This document shows, piece by piece, positions 49,597 to 58,696 of a DNA stretch of 64,000 nucleotides. This DNA comes from an uncultured Gemmatimonadales bacterium (GTDB taxonomy: Bacteria; Gemmatimonadota; Gemmatimonadetes; Longimicrobiales; Longimicrobiaceae): contig OY970303.1 in NCBI GenBank assembly GCA_963716255.1, positions 4,800,001 through 4,864,000 of the forward strand, written 5' to 3'. The notes beneath the pieces were generated by a model that saw only the letters and a list, made by a program, of their open reading frames with translations, made no database searches and had not been told where the DNA came from. The position numbers and the translations under genes were made by a program. Position 1 is the stretch's first letter. Every line of letters begins with the position of its first letter.

Positions 49597-50201
49597 GCGG
49601 ACCCTGGGAGGAGTCGCGGCTGCGCGTGGCCGTGGCGGGGCGGGTAGCGGACGAGGCCACCGGGCGCCCGGTGGCCGGGGCGCGGGTGGAGGTGGCGGAG
49701 TACCCCGCGGCCTTCCGCGACGCGCTCGCCTTCGCGGCGCGGGCGCACGGCGCGGGGTGGGACGCCCTGTCCCGGCGCCCCGACCGCACCGTCGCCGCCG
49801 CCGACGGCACCTTCTTCCTGGCCGGCCTCCCCGACGGGCGCTACGTCCTGCGGGCGTCGATGCCGGGCGAGGGGAGCCGGCGCGGCGTGGCCCGCGCCAC
49901 GGTCCGGGTCACGGACGGGCGCGCCGGGGGACTCGCGGCCTTCTCGCTCCCCCGCACCACGCTGCAGGGGACGGTCACCGACGCCGCCGGGGAGCCGGTG
50001 GGGATGGCCGAGGTGCGCGTGCGCGGGAGCGGCGAGCGCGCCTTTTCCGGCGGCGACGGGCGCTACGTCCTTGCCGGTGTGGAGGCGGGCGAGCGCACGC
50101 TGGAGGTGCGGGCCCGCGGGCACGCGCCGCTCGCGCGGCCGGCGAGCCTGCCGCTCCCCGGCTGGACGGCCACGGCCGACGTGCCGCTGGGCGGCGCGTA
50201 G
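49593..50201 (+). CDS. Carboxypeptidase-regulatory-like (beta-sandwich) domain protein of the eCIS
   Basis: GRVAD..TGRPVAGARV, DGTFFL..LPDGRY, GTVTD..GEPV. Confidence 0.75.
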   Translation: MSGPWEESRLRVAVAGRVADEATGRPVAGARVEVAEYPAAFRDALAFAARAHGAGWDALSRRPDRTVAAADGTFFLAGLPDGRYVLRASMPGEGSRRGVARATVRVTDGRAGGLAAFSLPRTTLQGTVTDAAGEPVGMAEVRVRGSGERAFSGGDGRYVLAGVEAGERTLEVRARGHAPLARPASLPLPGWTATADVPLGGA

Positions 50202-50295
50202 GGCCGGAATCGAAATCGTAGCGGTCCCTTCCGGGGAGGCGGCCTCCTGCCGACGGTCGTCCGAACCCCCTTCTTCCAGACGGAGAAGAGCACAC

Positions 50296-51441
50296 ATGCC
50301 CCAGTACCTTGCGCCCGGCGTCTACGTCGAAGAGGTGCCCCCGTCGGTCCAGCCGATCGCCGGCGTGGGAACCAGCACCGCCGGCTTCATCGGCGAGGTC
50401 GCCGGCGACGTCGTCATGCCCTCCGAGCCCGTGGCCTACACGCTGGCCGACGCGGGCGAGCCCACGCTGGTGACCAGCTGGGAGCAGTTCAAGAACTCCT
50501 TCGGCGACATCCAGACGGGGAACCGCCTGCTGGCCCACGCCGTCTACGGCTTCTTCAACAACGGCGGCACCCGCTGCTGGGTGGCGCGCGTCGCCGACGC
50601 GGAGAGCGGCACCGCGATCCAGGGGGCGCTGGACGCCTTCGCGGCCATCGACGAGATCGCGCTGGTGGCCGTGCCGGGGATCACCGACAAGGCCGTGCAG
50701 ACGGCCGTGATCACCCACTGCGTCACCACCGGCGACCGCTTCGCCATCCTGGACGGGGTGCAGGCGCCGGCCACGCTGACCTCCGCCGCCATCCAGAACG
50801 GGGTGGGCGACAGCGACTACGCCGCCATGTACTTCCCCTGGATCTCCGTGTACGACCCGGCCACCAACGGCCCCGTGGTGGTGCCGCCCAGCGGCCACGT
50901 CGCCGGGATCTACGCCCGCGTGGACGCCGCCCGCGGCGTGCACAAGGCGCCCGCCAACGAGGTGGTGCGCGGCGCGCTGGGGGTGGACGTGCGCATCAGC
51001 AAGGCGGACCAGGGCGAGCTGAACCAGGCGGGGATCAACGCCATCCGCGACATCAACGGCAACGTCACCGTGTGGGGCGCCCGCACCCTGGGCGGCGACG
51101 CCAACGGCGCCTGGAAGTACGTGCACGTGCGCCGTCTCTTTCTGTTCCTGCGCGAGTCCATCGACGAGGGGACGCAGTGGGTGGTGTTCGAGCCCAACAC
51201 CGCGGCGCTCTGGTCGCGCATCACCCGCAACGTCACCGCCTTCCTCACCAACGTGTGGCGGAGCGGCGCGCTCTTCGGCGCCACCCCGGCGGAGGCGTTC
51301 TACGTGCGCTGCGATGCGTCGCTGAACCCGCCCGAGGTGCGGGAGCTGGGGCAGGTGATCACCGAGATCGGCGTTGCAGTGGTGCAGCCGGCGGAGTTCG
51401 TGGTGTTCCGCATCAGCCAGTGGTCCGGGCCGCAGGGCTGA
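50296..51441 (+). CDS. Contractile tail sheath protein 1
   Basis: YLAPGVYVEE, PPSGHVAG, VHKAPANE, WGARTL, WVVFEPN, PAEFVVFRI. Confidence 0.95.
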   Translation: MPQYLAPGVYVEEVPPSVQPIAGVGTSTAGFIGEVAGDVVMPSEPVAYTLADAGEPTLVTSWEQFKNSFGDIQTGNRLLAHAVYGFFNNGGTRCWVARVADAESGTAIQGALDAFAAIDEIALVAVPGITDKAVQTAVITHCVTTGDRFAILDGVQAPATLTSAAIQNGVGDSDYAAMYFPWISVYDPATNGPVVVPPSGHVAGIYARVDAARGVHKAPANEVVRGALGVDVRISKADQGELNQAGINAIRDINGNVTVWGARTLGGDANGAWKYVHVRRLFLFLRESIDEGTQWVVFEPNTAALWSRITRNVTAFLTNVWRSGALFGATPAEAFYVRCDASLNPPEVRELGQVITEIGVAVVQPAEFVVFRISQWSGPQG

Positions 51442-51466
51442 CCCGCAGCGACCACCGGCCCGCACC

Positions 51467-52636
51467 GTGACCGCCCCCCTCGCCCCCGGCGTATACCGGG
51501 AGTTCTTCGCCACGGCGCCCCGCCCGGCCTTCCGCACCGGCGTTCCCGCCTTCCTGGGGCTCGCCGCCGCGGGGCCGGTGGGGGAGCCCGTGGAGCTCAC
51601 CGGGTGGGCCGACTTCGAGCGCGTCTTCGGGGCGCGCCCGGAGGGCGGCTTCCTCGCCCCGGCGGTGCACGGCTTCTTCCGCATGGGGGGCGCGCTCTGC
51701 ACCGTGGTGCGGCTGGCGGACGGCGGCGCCGCGGCGCTTGCCCGCGGGCTGGCCGCGCTGGAAGCGGCGGAGGGGGTGGACCTGGTGTGCGTCCCCGACG
51801 CCATGCGCCTGCCGCGCGCCGAGGCGGTGCGCCGGCAGCAGGCCGTGCTCCGCCACTGCGAGCGCGTGGGCGGCCGCTTCGCCATCCTGGACTCCGTCCC
51901 CGGCGACGCGCCGGCCGATGTGCTTGCGCAGCGGCGGGAGCTGGCCCGCGAGGGCGACGCCCCCGGGTGGGCCGCGCTGCGCAACGCCGCGCTCTACCAC
52001 CCGTGGCTGCGGGTGGAGGGGTGGGACGGCCCCGTCCCGCCGTGCGGCCACGTCGCCGGGGTCTACGCCGTGTCGGACGCGCGCGTGGGCGTCCACAAGC
52101 CGCCCGCCAACGAGCGGCTGGACGGAGTGCTGGACCTGGCGGCGCTGCTGGACGCCGCCGCGAACGGAATGCTGAACGCCGGCGGGATCAACTGCATCCG
52201 CGCCTTTCCCGGCCGCGGCGTGCGGGTGTGGGGGGCGCGGGCGCTGAGCGGCGCCGACGCCGCCCCGCCGGAGGAGGCCGCCTGGAAGTACGTGAGCGTG
52301 CGGCGCACGGTGCTGACGCTGGGCCGCTGGATCGACGCCGCGCTGGCCGGCATGGCCTTCGAGCCCGCCGACCCCGGGCTGTGGGCCCGCATCGTCCGCG
52401 AGGTGGGCGGCTACCTGAACGCCGCCTTCCGCCGCGGCGCGCTCCAGGGGCGCACGGCGGAGGAAGCGTACTTCGTGCGCTGCGACGCCGCGCTCAACCC
52501 GCCGGAGGTGCGCGCCGCCGGCATGGTGGTGGTGGAGGTGGGCCTCGCCCCCGCCGTACCCAACGAGTTCATCGTCGTCCGCTTCGCGCGCGGCGCGGAC
52601 GACCCCGAAACCCCCGGGCCCACCGGGCCCGCCTGA
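51467..52636 (+). CDS. Contractile tail sheath protein 2
   Basis: APGVYRE, PPCGHVAG, HKPPANE, VWGARAL, PNEFIVVR. Confidence 0.92.
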   Translation: MTAPLAPGVYREFFATAPRPAFRTGVPAFLGLAAAGPVGEPVELTGWADFERVFGARPEGGFLAPAVHGFFRMGGALCTVVRLADGGAAALARGLAALEAAEGVDLVCVPDAMRLPRAEAVRRQQAVLRHCERVGGRFAILDSVPGDAPADVLAQRRELAREGDAPGWAALRNAALYHPWLRVEGWDGPVPPCGHVAGVYAVSDARVGVHKPPANERLDGVLDLAALLDAAANGMLNAGGINCIRAFPGRGVRVWGARALSGADAAPPEEAAWKYVSVRRTVLTLGRWIDAALAGMAFEPADPGLWARIVREVGGYLNAAFRRGALQGRTAEEAYFVRCDAALNPPEVRAAGMVVVEVGLAPAVPNEFIVVRFARGADDPETPGPTGPA

Positions 52637-52653
52637 CGACAAGGAGGCCAACC

Positions 52654-53091
52654 GTGCCAGTCGGAGATCGCAGGGACCCGTACCTCAGCTACAACTTCCT
52701 CGTCGAGATCGACGGCATCGTCCGGGCGGGCTTCCGCGAGTGCACCGGGCTGGACTCCAGCCAGGACCCCGTGGAGTACCGCGAGGGCACCGACGGACCC
52801 ACCTCGCGCAAGCTCCCGGGGATGGTGCGCTACTCCAACATCACCCTGCGCTGGGGGATGACGGACGACGCGGAGATCTGGGAGTGGCGCCAGAAGGCGG
52901 CCGAGGGCCGGGTCAAGCGCGTCAACGGCTCCATCGTGCTGCTGGACGCCACCGGGCAGGAGAAGCTGCGCTGGAACTTCGTGGACGCGTGGCCCAGCAA
53001 GTGGTCGGGCCCGTCGCTCAACGCCACCGGCAACGAGGTGGCCATCGAGTCCATCGAGCTGTCCCACGAGGGCCTGGTCCTCCAGCGGTAA
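52654..53091 (+). CDS. Tail tube protein (T4 gp19 / Afp1-like)
   Basis: AAGGAGG RBS; DPY..YNFLVEIDG, EYREG, KLPG, AWPSKW.GP, AIESIEL.HEG. Confidence 0.95.
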   Translation: MPVGDRRDPYLSYNFLVEIDGIVRAGFRECTGLDSSQDPVEYREGTDGPTSRKLPGMVRYSNITLRWGMTDDAEIWEWRQKAAEGRVKRVNGSIVLLDATGQEKLRWNFVDAWPSKWSGPSLNATGNEVAIESIELSHEGLVLQR

Positions 53092-53100
53092 GGCGGTCGC

Positions 53101-53463
53101 ATGCTGCAGACGGAATTCGCCTTCACGCTCCCCTGCGGCTACGTGGACCGGGAGGGGACGCTCCACCGCGAGGGCGTGATGCGCCTGGCCACGGCGTACG
53201 ACGAGATCGCGCCGCTGCGCGACCCGCGCGTGCAGGCCAACCCCGGCTACCTGGTGGTGATCCTGCTGTCGCGCGTGGTCACCCGGCTGGGCGAGCTGGC
53301 GCAGGTGAACCCCGGCGTGGTGGAGGGCCTGTTCGCCGCGGACCTGGCGTACCTCCAGGCGCTGTACCGGCGCGTCAACGAGAACGGCAGCACGCGCCTG
53401 GCCGTCGCCTGCCCGCACTGCCAGGGCGAGTTCGAGGTGGAGACGGCCGGCCTGGGGGGATAG
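53101..53463 (+). CDS. Tail assembly chaperone-like protein with C-terminal CPHC
   Basis: TEFAFTLPCGYVD..G.LH..G.MRLATA.DE..PL.DPRV, typical of genes following eCIS tube genes. Confidence 0.8.
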   Translation: MLQTEFAFTLPCGYVDREGTLHREGVMRLATAYDEIAPLRDPRVQANPGYLVVILLSRVVTRLGELAQVNPGVVEGLFAADLAYLQALYRRVNENGSTRLAVACPHCQGEFEVETAGLGG

Positions 53464-53651
53464 CCGGCTACCCCTTGGAGCGCTTGTACGAGGAGGTAGC
53501 CTACGTCAGCTACTATCTGCACTGGCCCCATGACCAGGTCATGCAGATGGAGCACCGCGAGCGGCAAGTCTGGGTGGCCGAGGTGTCGCGGATCAACGAG
53601 CGCATCAATCAGGAAGTGCCGGGTGGGTCGGCATCGCATCGGTACGGCTGA
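53460..53651 (+). CDS. DUF6760-like small ORF, probably reached by a -1 frameshift from the chaperone
   Basis: YPLERLYEEVAYVSYYLHW..VM.MEH.ER..WV.E...IN; no ATG before the conserved part. Confidence 0.7.
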   Translation: MAGYPLERLYEEVAYVSYYLHWPHDQVMQMEHRERQVWVAEVSRINERINQEVPGGSASHRYG

Positions 53652-53665
53652 ACGGCTTTGACGGC

Positions 53666-54005
53666 GGGGTCGGGCGTGCCCCCGGCTGGCGCCGGGGTCG
53701 GGCTTCGGCTCCGTAGCAGACGAAACGACCGTCTGCAACGGAGTCGAGCCCCGGCGGAAACAGCCCCGCCGGGTCTCGCCCCTCCGGGCCGGAATCCCTC
53801 ACGCGGGGTTCGCGCTGGCGTCTGCGGGGGCCCCCTCCCCCCGGCCCCCTCCCCCGCAAGCGGGAGAGGGGGAGCACGGCACGACACGGGGGAGTCCGAT
53901 GATCAGGAAGCCATCCCCCAGAATTGGGGGAGGGTGGCGAGCCTCAAGCGAGCCGGGTGGGGGCCGCCGTTGCAGGCTGTTCCCTGTTCCCTATTCCCTG
54001 TTCCC
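53666..54005. repeat. Mosaic repeat cluster: family A(-) 53666-53805, B ~53831-53874, C ~53910-53968, heptamers
   Basis: Direct sequence matches to the other clusters. Confidence 0.85.
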
Positions 54006-54016
54006 TTTTTCCTGGC

Positions 54017-54553
54017 ATGCTCGGTTTCAACGCACCGCTCAGCGCGGCCACGGGGACGCCCGGAAAGCGCAGCGACCCGTACCTGGGCGCCGGCTTCCTC
54101 GTGGAGATCGAGGGGCTGGTGGTGGGCGGGTTCTCGGAGGTGACGGGGCTGCAGGTGGAGACGGAGGTGGAGGACTACCGCGAGGGCGGGGAGAACGGGT
54201 TCGTCCACCGTCTGCCGGGACCCACGCGCTACCCGTCCAACCTGACGCTGCGGCGGGGGATCACGGACGTGGACACGCTGTGGGCGTGGCACCAGGAGGT
54301 GACCCGCGGGCGCATCGTGCGGCGCAACGGCACCGTCTACCTGCTGGACGCGCAGCGCACGCCGGTGCTCTCCTGGAACTTCGCGGAGGCGTACCCGGTG
54401 CGCTGGTCGGGGCCTGACTTCCGCGCGGAGGGCGGAGCGGTGGCGGTGGAGTCGGTGGAGCTGGCGCACCGGGGGATCGGCCGCCCCGCGCCGGGGCCGG
54501 ACGCCGCGCGGGGGCGCGGCGTCGCCGATGTCCTCGGGCGGTTGCGGGGCTGA
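54017..54553 (+). CDS. Second tail tube protein (Afp5-like)
   Basis: DPYLG..FLVEIEG..GGFSEVTGL, YREGG.N, NLTLRRG, AYPVRWSGP. Confidence 0.92.
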   Translation: MLGFNAPLSAATGTPGKRSDPYLGAGFLVEIEGLVVGGFSEVTGLQVETEVEDYREGGENGFVHRLPGPTRYPSNLTLRRGITDVDTLWAWHQEVTRGRIVRRNGTVYLLDAQRTPVLSWNFAEAYPVRWSGPDFRAEGGAVAVESVELAHRGIGRPAPGPDAARGRGVADVLGRLRG

Positions 54554-55875
54554 TGGCCGTGGCGGACGGCGGCGCGCCCTGGGAAGCGGCGCTGGACCCG
54601 GCGCTGGTGGCGCGGCTCGGCCGCCCGGCCACGCGCCCGGGACTGGTGGACCCGCGCCACGGCGCGGCCATCGCCGCGCGCATCCTGGGCATGACGGAGC
54701 GCCTGCCGCTGCTGGACCTCCTGTCCACGCGCCACGGCTCCGCCGCCCTGGGCGGCGACCGCCCGCCCATCGTCCACGCGCGTCCGGCCCCGCGGGCGGG
54801 CGGCGGGGCGGGGGAGCCCGGCCCGATGGGACCCGCCGGTCCCGCTGGCCCCACCGGCGCGGCCGGCCCCGCCGGACCCGCGGGCGCCGCCGGTCCGGCG
54901 CCCTCCGCGGGCCCGGTGGTCCGGGGCGTGGAGCGCCCCGCCGCGCCCGCGTTCCCGCCGGTCCGCCCCATGGGCGGCGGCGCGGAGCGGCGCACCCCGG
55001 ACGCCGCCGCGCCGCTCCCGGTGGCCTCCGCGCGGCGGCCGCCCGCGGACTCCCCGGCGTCGACGGCGACGCCGGTGGCCGCCCCCGCGGCGACCCGTCT
55101 CCAGCGCGCCGTCGCCGCGGACGCGCCGCCCGCACCGGCCACGGACCGGTCCGCCACGCTCCCGGTCGTGTCCGCGGCCCCCGGCGGCCCATCCGCCTCC
55201 GCGCCCGGCACGCACGCCCCGCAGGCGGGCGCCTCGACGCCGGCCGCGCCGCGGACGGCGGGCGGCGCGGGCGAGGGGGTGGCGCAGCGGAGTCCGGCGC
55301 CCGGGGAAGCGCCGGTCGTCCGTCGGAGCCCCGCTCCCGGCGCGGCGACGGGCTCCCCGGCGAAGGTGGTCGCGGAAACGGCGCGCGGTACGGGGAGCGA
55401 TGCCCGGCTCCCGGCGAGCCCCGCGGACGCTTCGCCGGTGGCCGCCGCCGCGCCGGCCCTGCCGGTGGTCGCCGCCTCGACGGCGCGCGGGGCCACGGGG
55501 GTCCAGCGCTCGCCCGGTTCGACGCCGGCGGGGGCGCCGCCGCGACCGCTCGTGCCCGCGTCTGCCGCCGCCCTGCCGACGGTGCAGCGCGCGCCGGAAA
55601 CTTCCGCGCCGACGGCCGGGACGCTGGTGCACGCGGCGCGGGCGGGGGGCGGAGCGCCGGCCGGGGCGCAGCCTGGCGCGGCGGGCACGCCGCCCGACGG
55701 CACGGTTCAGCGCGCCGCGGCGAGCGCGGCTTCCGCCGCGGTGCCGGCGACGCTGCCGACACGCTCGGCCCAGCCGCAGAGCGCGCCGGGGCCGGACCCC
55801 GCGCGCATCGCCGACCAGGTCTACGAGATGCTGGTGCGGCGCCTGGCGGACGAGCGCCGGCAGCGCGGGGGCTGA
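54553..55875 (+). CDS. Pro/Ala-rich eCIS protein with a C-terminal helix typical of eCIS loci
   Basis: TGATG overlap; C-terminal IADQVYEMLVRRLADERRQRG; short Gly-X-Y run. Confidence 0.7.
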   Translation: MAVADGGAPWEAALDPALVARLGRPATRPGLVDPRHGAAIAARILGMTERLPLLDLLSTRHGSAALGGDRPPIVHARPAPRAGGGAGEPGPMGPAGPAGPTGAAGPAGPAGAAGPAPSAGPVVRGVERPAAPAFPPVRPMGGGAERRTPDAAAPLPVASARRPPADSPASTATPVAAPAATRLQRAVAADAPPAPATDRSATLPVVSAAPGGPSASAPGTHAPQAGASTPAAPRTAGGAGEGVAQRSPAPGEAPVVRRSPAPGAATGSPAKVVAETARGTGSDARLPASPADASPVAAAAPALPVVAASTARGATGVQRSPGSTPAGAPPRPLVPASAAALPTVQRAPETSAPTAGTLVHAARAGGGAPAGAQPGAAGTPPDGTVQRAAASAASAAVPATLPTRSAQPQSAPGPDPARIADQVYEMLVRRLADERRQRGG

Positions 55876-55954
55876 CGTCTCCCACGGACTCGTTTCGAAG
55901 AGCGAGGAGGGGGCGCGGCGGGGTGGTGGGGGGCGAGGGTGGTGCGCGGAGGGA

Positions 55955-56258
55955 CCCCTCTCCCCCCGGCCCCCTCCCCCGCAAGGGGGGAGGGGGAGCA
56001 CGACAAGAGGATGGCGAGGCTCGCGCGCTGGAGGGGAGCACGACGGAGCCTGGGGACAGGCAACCCTCCCCCAGAATTGGGGGAGGGTGGCGAGCCTGAA
56101 GCGAGCCGGGTGGGGGCCGCCGTCGCGTGAGGGATTTCGGCCCGAAGGGGCGAGACCCGCGGGCGGTTTCGCGGGGCTCGACTCCGTTAGGCAGCGTTGT
56201 TTGCTGCCTTACGGAGCCGAAGCCCGACCCCGGCGCAGCCGGGGGCACGCCCGAACCC
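55955..56258. repeat. Mosaic repeat cluster: B ~55955-55998, C ~56062-56121, family A(+) 56124-56258
   Basis: Direct sequence matches. Confidence 0.85.
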
Positions 56259-56309
56259 GGCCGTTCACGAAAGCCGTTCAACCCAGTCTTAACACGACGC
56301 CGAGAAACG

Positions 56310-56927
56310 ATGCCGGAAAAGGCGGTCATCAAGCCGGAAAAGGGCGACGAGATCCCGGTCTGCTACAACCCCACCCAGTACTCGCTGGACCAGGGGAACC
56401 AGCTCGCCGAGGTCGGCATTCCCGGGCTGGGCGCGCCCATCCTCCAGTACGTCCGGGGGAACGGCCGCACCCTCGCCATGGAGCTGTTCTTCGACACGTA
56501 CGAGGAGCAGCGCGACGTCCGCGACCTCACCGGCCCCGTGTACCGGCTGCTGGACGTGGACGCCGACCTGCGCCGCCCCCCGGTCTTCGAGTTCCTGTGG
56601 GGCCGGGAGCCCGTGTGCAGGTGGGTGATGGAGCGCGTGGGCGGGCGCTTCACCCTGTTCCTGGCGGATGGCACCCCGGTGCGGGCCACGCTGAGCGTGG
56701 TGTTCAGGGAGTTCGCGGACGTGGCGGTGACGGTGAGCCGGGCCCAGTCGCCGGCGGCGGAGCAGACCCGCACCTACGTGGTCAGGCGCGGCGACACGCT
56801 CAGCGGGATCGCGGCGGCGCAGTACGGCGACGCGTCGAAGTGGCGCGGGATCGCGGCGGCCAACCGCATCACCAACCCGCGCACCCTGCAGCCCGGGACG
56901 CCGCTGGCGCTCCCCGCGCTGGCGTAG
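56310..56927 (+). CDS. CIS tube initiator with LysM domain (Afp7-like)
   Basis: YNPTQYS, ELFFDTYE, F.ADGTPVRA; LysM YVVRRGDTLSGIA..YGD..WRGIAAAN. Confidence 0.9.
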   Translation: MPEKAVIKPEKGDEIPVCYNPTQYSLDQGNQLAEVGIPGLGAPILQYVRGNGRTLAMELFFDTYEEQRDVRDLTGPVYRLLDVDADLRRPPVFEFLWGREPVCRWVMERVGGRFTLFLADGTPVRATLSVVFREFADVAVTVSRAQSPAAEQTRTYVVRRGDTLSGIAAAQYGDASKWRGIAAANRITNPRTLQPGTPLALPALA

Positions 56928-56947
56928 CGGCGGCCCGGGACCCGCGC

Positions 56948-58051
56948 ATGTCCGCCCGCTTCTTCGCGCCCGCGCTCCGGGTGAAAGTCAACGGCTCCGG
57001 GGTGGAGGGCGACGTGTCCGCGCTGGTGCTCGGCCTGTCCGTGGCGCTGGAGCCGGGGGTCCCCGCGCGCTGCGACCTCACCCTGGCGAACCCGCTGCCG
57101 GAGATGCGCTGGACGCACTCCGACGACTGGAAGCTCTTCCAGGAGGGGAACTCGCTGGAGGTGGCGATGGGGTACGCCGACGACCTGCGCCCGGTGTTCG
57201 ACGGCGAGGTCACGGGAATGACCCCTTCGTTCCCGGAGAGCGGCGGGCCCACGCTGCAGGTGCAGGCGCACGACCGGCTGCACCGCCTGCAGGTGGTGCG
57301 GAGGGAGCGGACGCTGACGCGCGGCCGGTACGAGCTGCTGGTGAAGCAGATCGCCGGGGCCGCCGGCCTCACCCCCGCGGTGGACGACACCGGGCCGGAG
57401 CACCCGTACCTGGTGCAGAGCGGGAGGACGGACTACGACTTCCTGCGGGCGCTGGCCAGGGTGATCGGCTTCGAGCTGTTCGTGGAGGGAAGGACGCTGC
57501 ACTTCCGCCCGCCGGCGAGCACGGCGGCCCCGGGGCTGGCGTTCGCCTGGGGGAGCGCGGCGGCGGCGGGGCCGGTGCCGGGGCTCCCGGGGGTGCCCGT
57601 GTACCCGCTGCGCAGCTTCTCGCCCACGCTGGACGCGCGGCAGCAGGTGAGCGAGGTGATCGTGCGCGGGCAGGATCCGCTCTCGCGCGAGGGCTTCGAG
57701 GGGCGCGCCACCGCGCGCGACGTGCCGGCGGCGGGCAAGGAGCCGGCGGCGGACGTGGCGTACCGGGCCTTCGGGGTGAGGAACGAGCTGTACGTGGGCG
57801 ACGAGCCGGTGGCCACCCAGGCGGAGGCGAAGCAGCGGGCCCGCGCCATCTTCGCCGAAAAGGCCATGCAGCTGGTCCGCGGCAGCGGGTCCACCTTGGG
57901 GGTGCCGGAGCTGCGGCCGGGCACCACGGTGCACCTGGAAGGGCTGGGCCCGCGCTTCGGCGGGCGGTACTACGTGAGCCGGGTGACGCACCGCTTCGAC
58001 GGGGGCGGCTTCAGCACCGGCTTCGACGTGCGCAAGGATTCCCTGGGATGA
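56948..58051 (+). CDS. Baseplate hub, phage late control D / gp27-like
   Basis: MGY..L..VFDGEVT, Q..TDYDFL..LA, GVPELRPG..V.L.GLG.RFGG.YYV..VTH. Confidence 0.9.
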   Translation: MSARFFAPALRVKVNGSGVEGDVSALVLGLSVALEPGVPARCDLTLANPLPEMRWTHSDDWKLFQEGNSLEVAMGYADDLRPVFDGEVTGMTPSFPESGGPTLQVQAHDRLHRLQVVRRERTLTRGRYELLVKQIAGAAGLTPAVDDTGPEHPYLVQSGRTDYDFLRALARVIGFELFVEGRTLHFRPPASTAAPGLAFAWGSAAAAGPVPGLPGVPVYPLRSFSPTLDARQQVSEVIVRGQDPLSREGFEGRATARDVPAAGKEPAADVAYRAFGVRNELYVGDEPVATQAEAKQRARAIFAEKAMQLVRGSGSTLGVPELRPGTTVHLEGLGPRFGGRYYVSRVTHRFDGGGFSTGFDVRKDSLG

Positions 58052-58695
58052 GCCTCCTAGACCTGCTGGAGCCGCAGGGGCCCGCCGCCGGGCCCTCCGG
58101 CCAGATCCACGGCGTGGTCACCGGCGTGGTGACCAACAACCAGGACCCCGAGAAGCTGGGCCGGGTGCGGCTGCGCTTCCCCTGGCTCTCGGCCAGCGAG
58201 GAGAGCGCCTGGGCGCGCGTGGCCTCGCCCATGGCCGGCAGCGGGCGCGGGCTGTGGACGCTCCCCGAGGTGGACGACGAGGTGCTGGTGGCGTTCGAGC
58301 GCGGCGACCCGCGCTTCCCCTACGTGCTGGGCGCGCTCTGGAGCAGCAGGGCGCCGCCGCCCGAGACCAACGAGGACGGAAAGAACGACGCGCGGGTCCT
58401 CCGCTCGCGCAGCGGCCACGTGGTGAGGCTGGACGACGCGGACGGCGAGGAGCGCATCGAGATCGTGGACGCCAGCGGCAGGAACTCCATCGTGGTCAGC
58501 ACGAAAGACAACTCCATCACCCTCACGGCGGACGCCGACGTGACCGTGCGCTCCACCGGCGGAAAGCTGGTGCTGGAGGGGAGGGGGATCGAGCTGAAGT
58601 CCCAGGAGGGCGTCAGGGTGGAGGCCGGCAAGGGGCTGGAGATCAAGGCGGGCGGGCAGGTGACGGTGAAGGGCTCCACCATCAACCTCAACTAG
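58048..58695 (+). CDS. Baseplate spike protein V / gp5 OB-fold
   Basis: DPEKLGRVRLRFPW, WARV, PEVDDEVLVAFERGD, SRSGH. Confidence 0.92.
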   Translation: MSLLDLLEPQGPAAGPSGQIHGVVTGVVTNNQDPEKLGRVRLRFPWLSASEESAWARVASPMAGSGRGLWTLPEVDDEVLVAFERGDPRFPYVLGALWSSRAPPPETNEDGKNDARVLRSRSGHVVRLDDADGEERIEIVDASGRNSIVVSTKDNSITLTADADVTVRSTGGKLVLEGRGIELKSQEGVRVEAGKGLEIKAGGQVTVKGSTINLN

Positions 58696-58696
58696 C

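Noticed and set aside
36666..56258. Family A repeat as a CRISPR, tRNA or small protein gene (recurrent PREGFRPEGAR / MRDFGPKGRDP peptides)
   Set aside because: Copies are dispersed, lack tRNA arms, and vary by pairing-preserving substitutions and indels rather than codon-preserving changes.
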